From an uncultured Fibrobacteria bacterium (GTDB lineage: Bacteria; Fibrobacterota; Fibrobacteria; UBA11236), in NCBI GenBank assembly GCA_963716395.1, contig OY970309.1, positions 160,001 to 224,000 on the forward strand: a DNA stretch of 64,000 bases. The letters run 5' to 3'. Under the pieces are notes generated by a model, which was not told the DNA's origin, did no database searches, and saw only the letters and a program-made list of their open reading frames with translations. Shown one piece after another: positions 1 to 10,483 of this stretch. Positions within the stretch are counted from its first letter, which is position 1. Every line of letters begins with the position of its first letter. A program made the position numbers and the translations under genes.

Positions 1-151
1 CACCTTATTGAGCCAGGGAGTCATCGGAATAAGGTGAAGATGAAATCGATTATGGTATTTCAAAAAACTGGACGCGCGGACAAGCTTAAACGTCTGGAAC
101 AAATGAGGCTTCAAACGGTACCGAGGCCAAATCCGGTGAATTCAGCCTCAC

Positions 152-1534
152 TCAAGCCTTGCGCTTTGGCAAGCGCGCAAATGCTCCAATGCGCGGCGAA
201 AGATATTGGTCAATCCAATAAAATATTTGGCAAACCGAACCTATTACAAGGACCGAAATAATGGGAAACTTATAACGCAAGTTAATATGGGTCACCAGGT
301 ACGGCAGAAAAAAACACGAAACAAGTGCAAGCCCCATAATGGCTTCTTCATCTTTTCTACCGAGGGCACGAATACTATACAATGCGAAAAGGATCAAAAG
401 CGCCCAATGATAAATCGACTTCGAATACTCGTAAAAGCTTTGCGTCCTAAGGGGGAGCCAAAAAAAAGCGGCCCGATGAACACAGAGTAACAGAAATTTT
501 CCGAAATTCGATTTGATCCAAGCCAAGGCGACATTTTTTTTGAGCGCCATATATTTCAGCTCGCCAAGTTTTCGATATAATTTTTGTTCATCAGGATTTG
601 ACCAGGGGTGCAAATAATCAAAAACCCTTAGCTTGCCGACATATACATTATTCTGATACGTCTCCCCATTCGCCCATTTGTTATTACCGATGTATAACTC
701 AAGCCCAAGATTACTACGTGACATTACAAAACCACCCAGTTTTTGTTGGTTTCTCAGCCCCCAGGGAAGCACAATCATACACGTCATAATCACCGTCAGA
801 CCGATTTTAAGCCGGACTTCTCGGTTCCTAAAGTGCGAATGAAGTTCGTAAAGCCAGAAAAGCGACATATAAAGAAGGAATGCCGGTGTGGTAAGCGCCG
901 AAATGCCACTAATTATACCGAGAAAAAAAATTGTGCGAACCCTCTTCCAATTTTCACGGTGTACTATAACAGTTAATAGGAGCAGCAATTGAAGCAAAAT
1001 TCCTAGCAAAACTGTTTCATGCGCACCTTCCGTAGTAAACCATAAGAAATACGGATTGAGGATCATAAAGCTACAGGCAATCAATCCTGCGAACATGGAC
1101 TGACGATATATTTTTACGGTAATTACATATGCGAGCAGTGCATTAAGGAGATCCAGAAGAATCGAAAATACGGATTGTCCAATACAGGCAGAAAGTTTAG
1201 GAGGCAACCCTACGATACGATAAAGGACCGATAGCAAAAAGGGGAATACGGGAGAAATGTGGGCTGAAGGAATTCCGTCCGTATTGGGGAAAGGACCGGC
1301 AAAGCCTTGGCCTTTAACCAGAGATACGGCAACCCGCATGTTTTCGGCGACATTATTCTGAAAGAAGCCATTTCGACGAGCGAACTCGACACGCGCAACA
1401 AACCCAATAATAAAAATTACAGTTATTAATACATAGAATAATCGCGGGGGGATGCATTTCCATTCAACTTCCCGATTTACCGTCTGATTTTTTAGCATAG
1501 AGAACTCGATATCCTTTTTGTAATCCACTTTCAT
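152..1534 (-). CDS. ArnT/PMT-like (GT-C, GT39-type) polytopic membrane glycosyltransferase
   Basis: 460 aa with many hydrophobic helices; N-terminal loop 'PSAHISPVFPFLL' and 'LPWGLRN...SNLGLELYIGNN' segments typical of this membrane family; low GC. Confidence 0.6.
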   Translation of the reverse strand: MKVDYKKDIEFSMLKNQTVNREVEWKCIPPRLFYVLITVIFIIGFVARVEFARRNGFFQNNVAENMRVAVSLVKGQGFAGPFPNTDGIPSAHISPVFPFLLSVLYRIVGLPPKLSACIGQSVFSILLDLLNALLAYVITVKIYRQSMFAGLIACSFMILNPYFLWFTTEGAHETVLLGILLQLLLLLTVIVHRENWKRVRTIFFLGIISGISALTTPAFLLYMSLFWLYELHSHFRNREVRLKIGLTVIMTCMIVLPWGLRNQQKLGGFVMSRSNLGLELYIGNNKWANGETYQNNVYVGKLRVFDYLHPWSNPDEQKLYRKLGELKYMALKKNVALAWIKSNFGKFLLLCVHRAAFFWLPLRTQSFYEYSKSIYHWALLILFALYSIRALGRKDEEAIMGLALVSCFFLPYLVTHINLRYKFPIISVLVIGSVCQIFYWIDQYLSPRIGAFARLPKRKA

Positions 1535-1585
1535 TGCCCAATTATTTGGGATAATAATTCGTTTCGACGCCGATGAGCCCCCGGC

Positions 1586-2083
1586 GTGCCCAAGGATCTA
1601 CATCTATTCTATTTCCCTCTTTTTATTTTAGCGTTTTCTTTTTCCTTTGATTCGGTTTATGCACCTGTCAAGAAAGTAGTTTTACTTGCTTTTATCACGG
1701 CCCTGGCAATCAATTTTGTTAGTGTGTCAAACACATATAAAACCGCACTTTGGCCTTTCGATTCCCATACATCAGAAATTTTATCATTTCTTAATGCAAA
1801 AGCGGAAAAAATAAACAAAAAGATAAAATTGGATTTTTCATGGCCTTTTCAAAGTTCTATAGAATTTTATAAGAATAAAAACTTATTCCCTTTGGTTTCA
1901 GTGGTCAAAAATAAAACTGACCAGGAAAAATTAAACCTTGAAGCTCAATACTATATATATTTTAACAAGTCTCTGAAAAAAAACGGCTACAACGCCTTAA
2001 CTCAGAAAATTTTGAACTATAAAAAAGACACTATATTATCTTTTAAAAAAGAGGGGGTTTATGTTTTTTCAAATATAAGGTAA
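1586..2083 (+). pseudogene. 3' fragment of an AT-rich membrane protein gene
   Basis: Roughly 30% GC by eye; begins abruptly after a GC-rich linker with two TM-like segments, no credible RBS or native start, and ends at a normal stop. Confidence 0.45.
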
Positions 2084-2372
2084 CTGGATCGCTTCTCTTG
2101 CTTTATCAATTTGCACCCAATTCGATTTATAGGTGATGCGTAAACTGAAGGCTTTTTCCTTCAAAGTCCTACTACTGAAACCCGATTTTATGGCTGCCTC
2201 ATGCCCTAACTGGATAACTTTCCCCGTAATTCACCTTCCACACCCAAACCGTAAAACCCAAATTCCGCAGGCAGCTTCCAGGATGTGAATACCTTCACGT
2301 TTATTTTTTATATCTAGGGTAAATACGGGTTTCCCCAATTTCCATGGATTTCACCTGCGCGACATTCCAAAT

Positions 2373-3653
2373 ATGACAACACTACCACCATTGAGCAAAA
2401 AAACCCGCTTCCAACTCTGGACAGTAACATTCGGGATACTTTTCTTTGGCATGTTGTCGATGGCTCGTTTCTACGTCTATTATGGCAGATTGCTCAACGG
2501 TTGGGATGCGCAGTTTTATTACGCAACCGCACGAAGCTTTCTTTTCAACCATACCACCGACATTACGGCGGCCCTTAAACAGACACCATGGACCCGACCG
2601 TTTGATAGGGACGGCGATGGTGTAATGGAGGCGGTCCCTTTAAAACCAAACGGCGAATTTCAGTCCAAATACCCAATCGGTTTACCGCTCGCTGAATGTT
2701 TGCTTCTCGCTCTTGCTTACGTAATCCGTCGCGCGCTTGAATCTATCGGTTTCCATATTCTCGGACCGCCTGGCCTGTCTCTTTTTGAAATTGCTTTCGT
2801 CGCCCAGGGCTTATGGTGGTTTACGGTTTACGGTCTCAATCGCCTTGGAAAGTTCTGCACGGCTTGGTCGCATGTGGATCGCTGGCATTGGCCAATCGTC
2901 GTCGCCTTGCTCGGCACCACCCTTTTCTATTACTCTGCGATGTTTCCATTCATGGTGCACTGTCTCGGATTCACGGTTACCGTACTCTGGCTTATCGAGA
3001 TAAAAGGGCTCACCGAGGACTCACGCTCAGGCTATCATCTGGCGATGTTGGGCGCATATGCTGGACTTCTCTTTCTTATCCGCCCCCAGCAGGTGTTGCT
3101 GCCGCTTCTCTCAACGCCCTGGATCATAAAACCACTGCTCAAGGAAAAGAAGATGAACTGGCTGCCAGGTGCCGCCGTGGGCATACTATGCTCTCTAGCG
3201 GCCATCGCCGCAACGTTATGGTACAACAAAACGCAGTTTGGTGTTTACACGCTCAACGGATATGCTGCCGCCAATGAGCACTTCGATTTCCTGCATCCCA
3301 AGATTTATTACGTACTGTTTGGAATCGAACGCGGTCTTTTTTATTACAGCCCTATCGTGCTGCTTTCTATTCCTGGCATCATCACAATCTGGAGGAAGGA
3401 CAAGTTGGGATGGATTGTTCCAGTAATCCTAAACGCGATTGCGCAGATTTTTCTCGTCGCAGCATGGTGGTGTCCAAGCCAGGGAGACGCCTTCGGCCTA
3501 CGTATGTGGACTGAAAACGTGCCTCTCGTCGCCATGGGTTTGTCCGCCACACCAGCGCGGTTCCTCAAGAAAGGATGGCCTTTTGCGCTTGGATGTTCAG
3601 CGTGCATCCTTTGGAGCTTTTTTCTGCTTTTCAGGTACAACCATTGGACGTGA
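2373..3653 (+). CDS. GT-C-like polytopic membrane protein (putative glycosyltransferase)
   Basis: 426 aa, about 10 TM segments; motifs 'GWDAQFYY', 'SKYPIGL', 'RGLFYYSP', 'GDAFGLR'. Confidence 0.55.
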   Translation: MTTLPPLSKKTRFQLWTVTFGILFFGMLSMARFYVYYGRLLNGWDAQFYYATARSFLFNHTTDITAALKQTPWTRPFDRDGDGVMEAVPLKPNGEFQSKYPIGLPLAECLLLALAYVIRRALESIGFHILGPPGLSLFEIAFVAQGLWWFTVYGLNRLGKFCTAWSHVDRWHWPIVVALLGTTLFYYSAMFPFMVHCLGFTVTVLWLIEIKGLTEDSRSGYHLAMLGAYAGLLFLIRPQQVLLPLLSTPWIIKPLLKEKKMNWLPGAAVGILCSLAAIAATLWYNKTQFGVYTLNGYAAANEHFDFLHPKIYYVLFGIERGLFYYSPIVLLSIPGIITIWRKDKLGWIVPVILNAIAQIFLVAAWWCPSQGDAFGLRMWTENVPLVAMGLSATPARFLKKGWPFALGCSACILWSFFLLFRYNHWT

Positions 3654-3707
3654 TTGGGTATTTCGTACTTCCCCTTACCTGCTATTTTTTCGCTTTTTGT
3701 CAACGGT

Positions 3708-3754
3708 AGGTTGTCGTTGTATAGCCGGTAGCAATGCGAAGGCATCGACAACCT
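3708..3754 (+). promoter_or_regulatory. Leader hairpin (11/12-bp inverted repeat) upstream of the GT4-GT4-ligase unit
   Basis: AGGTTGTCGTTG (3708-3719) pairs with CATCGACAACCT (3743-3754); a pyrimidine run follows, then ATG at 3774. Confidence 0.35.
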
Positions 3755-3773
3755 CTCTATATTTCTTTCGCCC

Positions 3774-4934
3774 ATGTTCACACCCCATTCCGGCCTGAGC
3801 AAATCGGCTTTCGTGGTTTTTTCCGACGATTGGGGCCGCCATCCCTCCAGTTGCCAGCACCTGTTTCGCAGAGCTTTGCCGCAGGCTGAAATCCTGTGGG
3901 TGAACACTGTGGGGCTGCGCGTTCCGCGTTTGACCCGTTATGATTTCAAACGCGCCGGCGAAATCCTGCGGCATTGGATTTCTCCCCGCCCCAACACGTC
4001 GTTTACCTCCGCCGAAGTATCGCCGCATATCCTGCGGCCCATGATGCTGCCTTTTTTCCAGTGGGCGTGGGCACGCGCACTGAACCACATCTTGATCCGG
4101 CGAAAACTTCGACGCGCTTTGCAAGGCTTTGCGCCGGGCAAACGAAAAATTCTGGTCAGCACTTTGCCCATCATTCCCTTCGCCTTTCACATGCCCGAAT
4201 TCGCGCGCAAGGTGTATTACTGCGTCGACGATTTCACCACCTGGCCCGGCGTCAGCGGACCTACCATGTTACGGCTCGAAGCACAAACCTTGCCGGCCTG
4301 CGATCTGCTCGTCGCCGTGTCGTCCCGCCTGCTGCAAAGCCGCGGCCCCATGGTGCGCATCGGCCATTTGCTGACACATGGCGTCGATGTCGAACATTTC
4401 GCGTACCCCCAAACTCCGGCCGTACGACTCGCTGCCATTCCCCGCCCCATTCTCGGCATGTTCGGGTCGTTCGACGCGCGGGTTGACGCCGGCATTCTGC
4501 GCGCCTTGTCCCAAGCGCTGCCCCAGGCGCATCTCGTCGTACTCGGCCCGGTGGACCGCGATCGCGCCGAGTTCGACGCGCTTCCCCATCTGCATTTTCT
4601 CGGCAGCGTGCTCTATGAAGAATTGCCCGGCGAAGCCGCCCGCTTCGATGTCTGCCTTCTACCCTACAAGGTCGACGCGTCGACGGTCAATATCAACCCG
4701 CTCAAACTGAAAGAATATCTAGCCACCGGCAAACCCGTCATCAGTACCCCTTTGCCCGAAGCGGAAAAACTCGCCGATTATGTTCGCGTGGTCCCGGCCG
4801 AAAACTTCGCGGCCGCCGTGGTTGAAGCTCTGCGCGACCCGGCACCGCGGCCGGGGTTGGCGGAATTTCTGGCCGGCGAATCATGGGACGCCAAGGCGGA
4901 ACAATTTTTCCGCTGGATTCTGGATGGCACATGA
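3774..4934 (+). CDS. Glycosyltransferase family 4-like (TuaH-like)
   Basis: 'VFSDDWGRHPSSCQHL', 'YYCVDDF', 'NPLKLKEYLATGKPVISTPLPE' GT-B motifs. Confidence 0.82.
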   Translation: MFTPHSGLSKSAFVVFSDDWGRHPSSCQHLFRRALPQAEILWVNTVGLRVPRLTRYDFKRAGEILRHWISPRPNTSFTSAEVSPHILRPMMLPFFQWAWARALNHILIRRKLRRALQGFAPGKRKILVSTLPIIPFAFHMPEFARKVYYCVDDFTTWPGVSGPTMLRLEAQTLPACDLLVAVSSRLLQSRGPMVRIGHLLTHGVDVEHFAYPQTPAVRLAAIPRPILGMFGSFDARVDAGILRALSQALPQAHLVVLGPVDRDRAEFDALPHLHFLGSVLYEELPGEAARFDVCLLPYKVDASTVNINPLKLKEYLATGKPVISTPLPEAEKLADYVRVVPAENFAAAVVEALRDPAPRPGLAEFLAGESWDAKAEQFFRWILDGT

Positions 4935-6136
4935 TGCGGAAAATTCGCTTGCTCAGTATCGCCACCTTGTTTCCCAATCCGCGTATGCCGGTGCACGCGC
5001 AATTCGTGAAGCAGCGTCTCGACGCGCTTTCCAAGCGCGTGGATTTGATCGTGCTGAGCCCCATTCCCTGGTTTCCCGGCGAGCGGTTCGTTTCGCGTTA
5101 TACCAATCGACACCACATACCGGCGCAAATCGACACCAATCCCTATCCGACTTATTTCCCCAAATTTTTTTCCCTCCCCCTGATATGCAAACCGTTGGAA
5201 GGATTCACTTTGGCGCTGTGCGTGGCGCTTTGGCTGCGGCGCCACGGGGGGCGGGATGCCATCGATGGCTTAGATTGCCATCTCGGCTTTCCCGACGGTT
5301 TTGCCGGCGCGCTCTTACATTGGGCTTTCCGCAAACCCTATACAGTGACCCTCCGCGGGCACGACATCAATGATTTGCCGCGCTACCCCGTGCGCATTCG
5401 CCAGGTACTGTTCGGGTTACGGCATGCCGTGCGTTACTTTGGCGTGGCCCGCGCTTTGGTCGATGCGGCCGTGGGACTGGGCGCGCCCGCCGCCACCGGA
5501 TTCGCCTCGACCAACGGCGTGGATGCGGAGCGGTTTTTTCCCATGGACAAACCCGCAGCGCGTGTGCAATTGGGACTTGCACCGGAAGGCCGGTATTTGC
5601 TGACGGTATGCCATCTCGTTCCGCGCAAAGGGGTGGATATTTTGATCCGGGCGCTGGCGCGGCTGACGGAAGCGGGACGCGATGTCCGTCTCATCGTCGT
5701 AGGGCAAGGTGGCGAAGAGGGAAATTGCGAACCCGAACTCCGTACCCTGGCACGGCAGTTGGATGTGGATCGGCGGATTGTCTGGGCCGGCGCCGTGGCG
5801 AATGCGGAGTTGACTCCGTATTATTCCGCGGCCGACGTCTTCTGCCTGGCCAGCGAAAAAGAAGGCTGGCCCAATGTGATACTCGAAGCCCTGGCCTGCA
5901 GCACGCCGGCCGTCGCCACCGACACCTGGGGTGTACCCGAAATCCTGCCGGACGAATCGCTCGGGCTGCTAGTGCGGCCGCGCGTTGCCGAAGGTTTTGC
6001 GCACCGTATCGCTGAGGCGCTGGATCGCACCTGGGGGCCTCAGGTCTTGCGGGGATATGCTCTGCAACATACCTGGGATCAAACCGCGGCGAAGCTTACG
6101 GAACATTGGCACGCCGTCTTAGGCCCGGAAAACTGA
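4931..6136 (+). CDS. Glycosyltransferase family 4 (TuaC-like)
   Basis: 'TLFPNPRMPVHAQFV', 'EGWPNVILEALACSTPAV' (E-x7-E); ATGA overlap with the upstream gene sets the start at 4931. Confidence 0.85.
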   Translation: MMRKIRLLSIATLFPNPRMPVHAQFVKQRLDALSKRVDLIVLSPIPWFPGERFVSRYTNRHHIPAQIDTNPYPTYFPKFFSLPLICKPLEGFTLALCVALWLRRHGGRDAIDGLDCHLGFPDGFAGALLHWAFRKPYTVTLRGHDINDLPRYPVRIRQVLFGLRHAVRYFGVARALVDAAVGLGAPAATGFASTNGVDAERFFPMDKPAARVQLGLAPEGRYLLTVCHLVPRKGVDILIRALARLTEAGRDVRLIVVGQGGEEGNCEPELRTLARQLDVDRRIVWAGAVANAELTPYYSAADVFCLASEKEGWPNVILEALACSTPAVATDTWGVPEILPDESLGLLVRPRVAEGFAHRIAEALDRTWGPQVLRGYALQHTWDQTAAKLTEHWHAVLGPEN

Positions 6137-6142
6137 AAACCC

Positions 6143-7480
6143 ATGCGCGATTACGCTCTTACCCTGCTCATTCCCGCAGCGATGCTTTGGGGCCTGACGA
6201 AAACGCGTCGCGCCATGATGGTACTGGCCTGGATTTGCTTCATGCGGCCTTACGATTTTTCCTGGGGCTTATGGAATCACGTGCCCACCTTTCTCATCGC
6301 TTTGGCCTTCGCCATCCTTTCCGCCTTGATCCATAACGGATTTAAATTCAACCCCCACCCCTTTTTGCTTTTGTATTTGACTTTTCTCGCCTGGGCGGGA
6401 ATCACCTGTTTCACCGCCTTCGTGCCCGGAATAGCCTGGGACTTTTACAAATACTTTTTCGAATCTTTTTGGGTGGTGCCGATTTTTGTCTTCGGAACCC
6501 TGCGCAACCTGAACACGGTAAAATGGGTTCTCCTGGTTTCGGCGGCCAGCCTGACCTTGGTGGGTTTCAAGGTCGGCCTGGCTTTGAGTCTTTCCGGCGG
6601 CAGTCACGTAACGGATCAAATCAACGGGTTTGTAGGGGACAACAATGTTTTTGGATTAACCCTATTGCTTGCCATTGCCACCTGCATGGGCCTACGCCGC
6701 GTGTTCGATCGCTCGCGCTGGAAATTCGTCTTTCTTCCGGTTATCGGTTACGCGTTATTGGCCGTCATCTACACCGAATCCCGGGGAGCTTTCATTTCCT
6801 TGGCCCTGATATTTACCCTCTCCGCCCTGGCCAGTAAAAATCCGATTCGCAACATCATTTTACTTGGGCTGTTTTCTTATCTCGGCTACGCGGTCATTCC
6901 GGGCAGATTTTTTCACCGCTTGGATACATTCCAAGACATCCAAAACGACGATTCGGCGATGCACCGGGTGGAATACTGGAATTTCGGCCTCCGCATGGCC
7001 GCCAGCCGTCCGGTGTTCGGGGTCGGACTCAACAATTTTAAGGCCTATACCGACGATCATTTCAAACAAGAACTCGAAGGGCGCTATAGCCAGGTGGCCC
7101 ATAACGTTTATATCGAGGTCCTGGCGGAAACAGGTTATCCGGGTCTCATCCTTTACCTCGCCATGGTTTTATGGACCTTGGTCGCCCTGCACCGGCTTTA
7201 CCGTCGTGCGAAACGCACCGCCCGCGCGTATCCCGATTTACGCTGGGTGAGTTCGACCGCGTTTTGGATGCGCAATGGCTGGATCGGTTATTTGCTGGGC
7301 TCGACATTTCTCAATATGCTGGTTCTGGATTTTCCCTGGTACTTCATGTGGTACGCACATTTGCTGGCTTTGACATTTGATCGCGAATTATTTCGGCGCC
7401 GCCGGGTCCTCGCCGGAATCACTGCGAAAGAAAGCGAAAAAACACCCGCGCATGCGCCTGCGCCGAAGCTTGCCAACTGA
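6143..7480 (+). CDS. O-antigen ligase/Wzy_C family protein, exosortase A-associated O-glycosylation ligase type
   Basis: Starts 'MRD'; 'GDNN', 'TESRGAF', 'RPVFGVG', 'VAHNVYIEVLAETGYPG'. The last 62 nt overlap the convergent GT4 gene. Confidence 0.8.
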   Translation: MRDYALTLLIPAAMLWGLTKTRRAMMVLAWICFMRPYDFSWGLWNHVPTFLIALAFAILSALIHNGFKFNPHPFLLLYLTFLAWAGITCFTAFVPGIAWDFYKYFFESFWVVPIFVFGTLRNLNTVKWVLLVSAASLTLVGFKVGLALSLSGGSHVTDQINGFVGDNNVFGLTLLLAIATCMGLRRVFDRSRWKFVFLPVIGYALLAVIYTESRGAFISLALIFTLSALASKNPIRNIILLGLFSYLGYAVIPGRFFHRLDTFQDIQNDDSAMHRVEYWNFGLRMAASRPVFGVGLNNFKAYTDDHFKQELEGRYSQVAHNVYIEVLAETGYPGLILYLAMVLWTLVALHRLYRRAKRTARAYPDLRWVSSTAFWMRNGWIGYLLGSTFLNMLVLDFPWYFMWYAHLLALTFDRELFRRRRVLAGITAKESEKTPAHAPAPKLAN

Positions 7481-8610
7481 ACTCGCCGGCGCGTTTCCAA
7501 CCCACTTCCCGGCATTGTTCCCACAAATCTCCTTGGGTTAACAAGCGGGCGATGGCTTGACCCGCGCTTTCGGGATTATCCAGCGGTACCGACAAACCGG
7601 CCTTTCCGGCTATTTCCGGAAGCGAGGCCACGTCGGAATACACTGAGGGGGTTCCGACGGCCATGGCTTGCAGCAAGGGAAAGCCAAAACCTTCGTAACG
7701 GGAAAGGAAAATGAATACCGCCGCGCTTTTGAATAACTGCTGCAACTCCGCATCGCTCACCCACGAATCCACGCGCACTTCGGATTGAAGGCCGAGGCGG
7801 TTCAAAGCGCGCAGCAGCGGGAGATTGCGAATCTCCCATGAAGCCTACGATGCGCAAGGGATGTTGCCTGCGTACCTCCGCCGGCACCGCGGCCCATGCG
7901 GCCAAGGCTCCCTCGGGATTCTTTTGATACCCATCGCCCCCCAGCATTAGACAAAAACCGCGTTCGGAAAATGGCGGGGAGTCGCTTTGCTTCGCGAGCC
8001 GATAACCATCCGGGAGGCCATGGTGAATGACCGTAATGCGATTCGCCGGAATGCGGAGATGCTTTCTAATCTCGGATTCGGCGTGCTGGGAAACCGTCAC
8101 GATTGCTTCGGATCGGCGCAAGAGGAGGCGGTATGTGAGAAACAGGTATAAACAATGTCGGTAAGTATAAAGACGCGATCGGAGGCCGGCCCCGGGCGGG
8201 GGGTCGCAGAATCGCCGTAGAAATAGATATTCGATGACGTCATGAACCGCGACCACCGTCGGGCAAGGTGAAAAACAAGGTCGACGATTTGCCGGCATGA
8301 AAAGCAGATCCACCCGATGACGCCGCAACGCCATGGGCAGAAGAAATTGTTCCCACAACGGGTCGGCGGAGCATTTTACATCATGCCACACGACCCGTTC
8401 GTTTGCATCGATTGCATCGAGCACGCTCTGGTATTTTTCCCGCGGCAGGTTGTGTTCGAAACCCGTATTGATGAAGAGCAAAAAATTCACCTCGGGCATG
8501 AGCCGGGGAAGTTCCTTGCAGAGGTAGAAGAGATAAAGCGGCATCCCCCGCATGGGACGGGTTAAAAAGCGCGCGTCGATGGCAATGGTTTTCCCGTCCA
8601 TCGAAATCAA
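7419..8610 (-). pseudogene. GT4 glycosyltransferase (MtfB-like), frameshifted
   Basis: N-part 'IAIDARFL...LWEQ...HDVI' and C-part 'YEGFGFPLLQAMAVGTP' lie in different frames; removing one base at 7819-7821 restores SPLLRALNRLG. Confidence 0.75.
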
Positions 8611-9538
8611 TGCTTGTCGGCAAGAGCAGCGCGGTTTCGAGAGCGGAGTAAGGTTGCGGGAAGAAGGGACATCAGCAAGAGCCCTTTCCGTGCGGCGATA
8701 TGGGTGGGTACTTCTTTAACCACCCGACGGTAGCATCGTTTGGCTTCCGCATAATCACCGATTTCGAAAAAATGATATCCCATTTCAAAGTGATTGCGAG
8801 CTTTTCCTTTGCGAAAATCCGAAGCGTATTCCTGCGCCATGGCCGGATACTCCGACTCGAATTGTTCGAGCATGACCAAAGTTTTTTTCAGCATGAGAAC
8901 TTTGGGGCTGCTCACACTCCCCGCGCGAATTCGATATTTCGCCAGCACTTGATTTTGATATCCCACGGCATAGGTACGGGCGATTTTTAACCATAGGTGG
9001 TAATCCTCGACCCCCAATTCCCGATTTTCGTTGAAGCCACCTACGGCTTCAAAAGCGTCTCTACGCACCAGTGTCGTGGGGATAGAAATGAAATTCTCCC
9101 GCAACAAATCACCGAAGACGCGACCCGATACTGGGCGTTTTCTCTCCATCATCCGAAATCCCGCTTGCCCGAGTTCGTCCATCGAGAGCACATCGGAAAA
9201 GACCACGGCGTATTCGGGATGTCGGGCCAGAAACGGTTTTTGAACTTCGAGCTTACGAATTTCCCACACATCATCGGCATCCAGGAACGCCAGTAAGTCC
9301 GCCCTCGCCTCGGCCCCCCGGTTGCGCGCCGCCGCGGGACCGGAATTAGCCTGATGAAAAACGCGAATGCGCATCTTGTCCCGAAGGACATCGGCGAGTT
9401 CGCCGGTTTCATCGATGGATCCGTCGTCAACGATGATCAATTCCCAGTCCGAGACGGATTGCTCCTGGACGCTGCGAATGGTTTCGGGAAGAATATCGAC
9501 GCGTTATAGGCAGGCACGATAATGGAAACTTTCGCCAG
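8607..9538 (-). pseudogene. GT2 glycosyltransferase, frameshifted near the 5' end
   Basis: 'AKVSIIVPAYN' is out of frame with 'LPETIRSVQEQSVSDWELIIVDDGS...AFLDADD' (one base missing near 9502); no intact ATG. Confidence 0.7.
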
Positions 9539-9697
9539 ATCTAGGGTCGGTCTTCGACAAAAATAACTGCAAAAAACGACTGCGAACGGTCCGCAGGCAA
9601 ATTACAATTCAGCGGGAAAACGACTGCAACCTTCCTATGCAGGTACTATGCGTTGGAAGAATAATCCGACACTAAGCATAATCAAGTAGGCACTTTT

Positions 9698-9817
9698 GGC
9701 GTTCACCTGCCGAAAGGATGTGTGGTCAGCGCATGCAGCCTCGTATTAGAAAAGCCATATCCACCGTTTTCCGTATTGGCCGGCAACGCATGTAGGGTTA
9801 TTGGTTCCAGGGCTTGA
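9698..9817 (+). pseudogene. 3' remnant of a hexapeptide-repeat acetyltransferase paralog
   Basis: Manual translation GVHLPKGCVVSACSLVLEKPYPPFSVLAGNACRVIGSRA* aligns with the C-terminus of the next gene (GVHLPRGCVVMPCSVVNKKKYRPYSVLAGHPCSVIGMR). Absent from the ORF track. Confidence 0.75.
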
Positions 9818-9831
9818 ACATAAATGCCGCT

Positions 9832-10405
9832 ATGAAAAAAATCATCAAAAATATGTATTGGGAATTTTTTACGAGTGAAATGCTATTTGAGTATATCAAT
9901 GCATTTCTAATGAGAATCCCGGGGAAGACCGGTATCAAGGTGCGCACGTTTTGCTTATCGCGTTTCTTCTTTGAGTTTGGAAAGAGATGTTTCGATTTCC
10001 CGGTTTTCAAGGTTTACAGGTTTTCGCAAATTAAAAGTCGGGGACAATGTGGTCATTTCAAATAACAATTTTATTCAGGCCTCAGGCGGAGTCCATATTG
10101 GGAATAATGTAATCTTGGGATCCAACGTCAAAATCTGGTCAATCAATCATAATTTTAACCGGATCGACATACCCATTTTTGAACAAGGGCGTACCTCGGA
10201 TGAGGTAACCATTGATGACGATGTTTTATTGAATGACAATGTATTTGTAATGCCCGGTGTTCACCTGCCACGTGGGTGCGTGGTGATGCCATGCAGTGTT
10301 GTAAATAAAAAGAAATATCGACCCTATTCTGTTTTGGCCGGCCACCCTTGCAGCGTGATTGGGATGAGAATGGAGTTGAATAAAGAAAATACGCCTATTA
10401 AGTAG
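9832..10405 (+). pseudogene. Left-handed beta-helix (maltose/galactoside-type) O-acetyltransferase, frameshifted
   Basis: Hexapeptide repeats 'VGDNVVIS...GGVHIGNNVILGSNVKIWSINH'; one extra base near 9985 splits the gene into ORFs 9814..10065 and 9971..10405. Confidence 0.72.
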
Positions 10406-10483
10406 AAAGGTATTTCGAGAGGTTCCCATATCATTTGACGACTTTATAGACAAACCTGATATCGAAATAACTTCAGAGTTCCA

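Noticed and set aside
1-150. Inverted repeats CACCTTATT/AATAAGGTG (1-36) and TGAGGCT/AGCCTCA (104-150)
   Set aside because: Short, at the window edge, not repeated at other junctions; no function can be supported.
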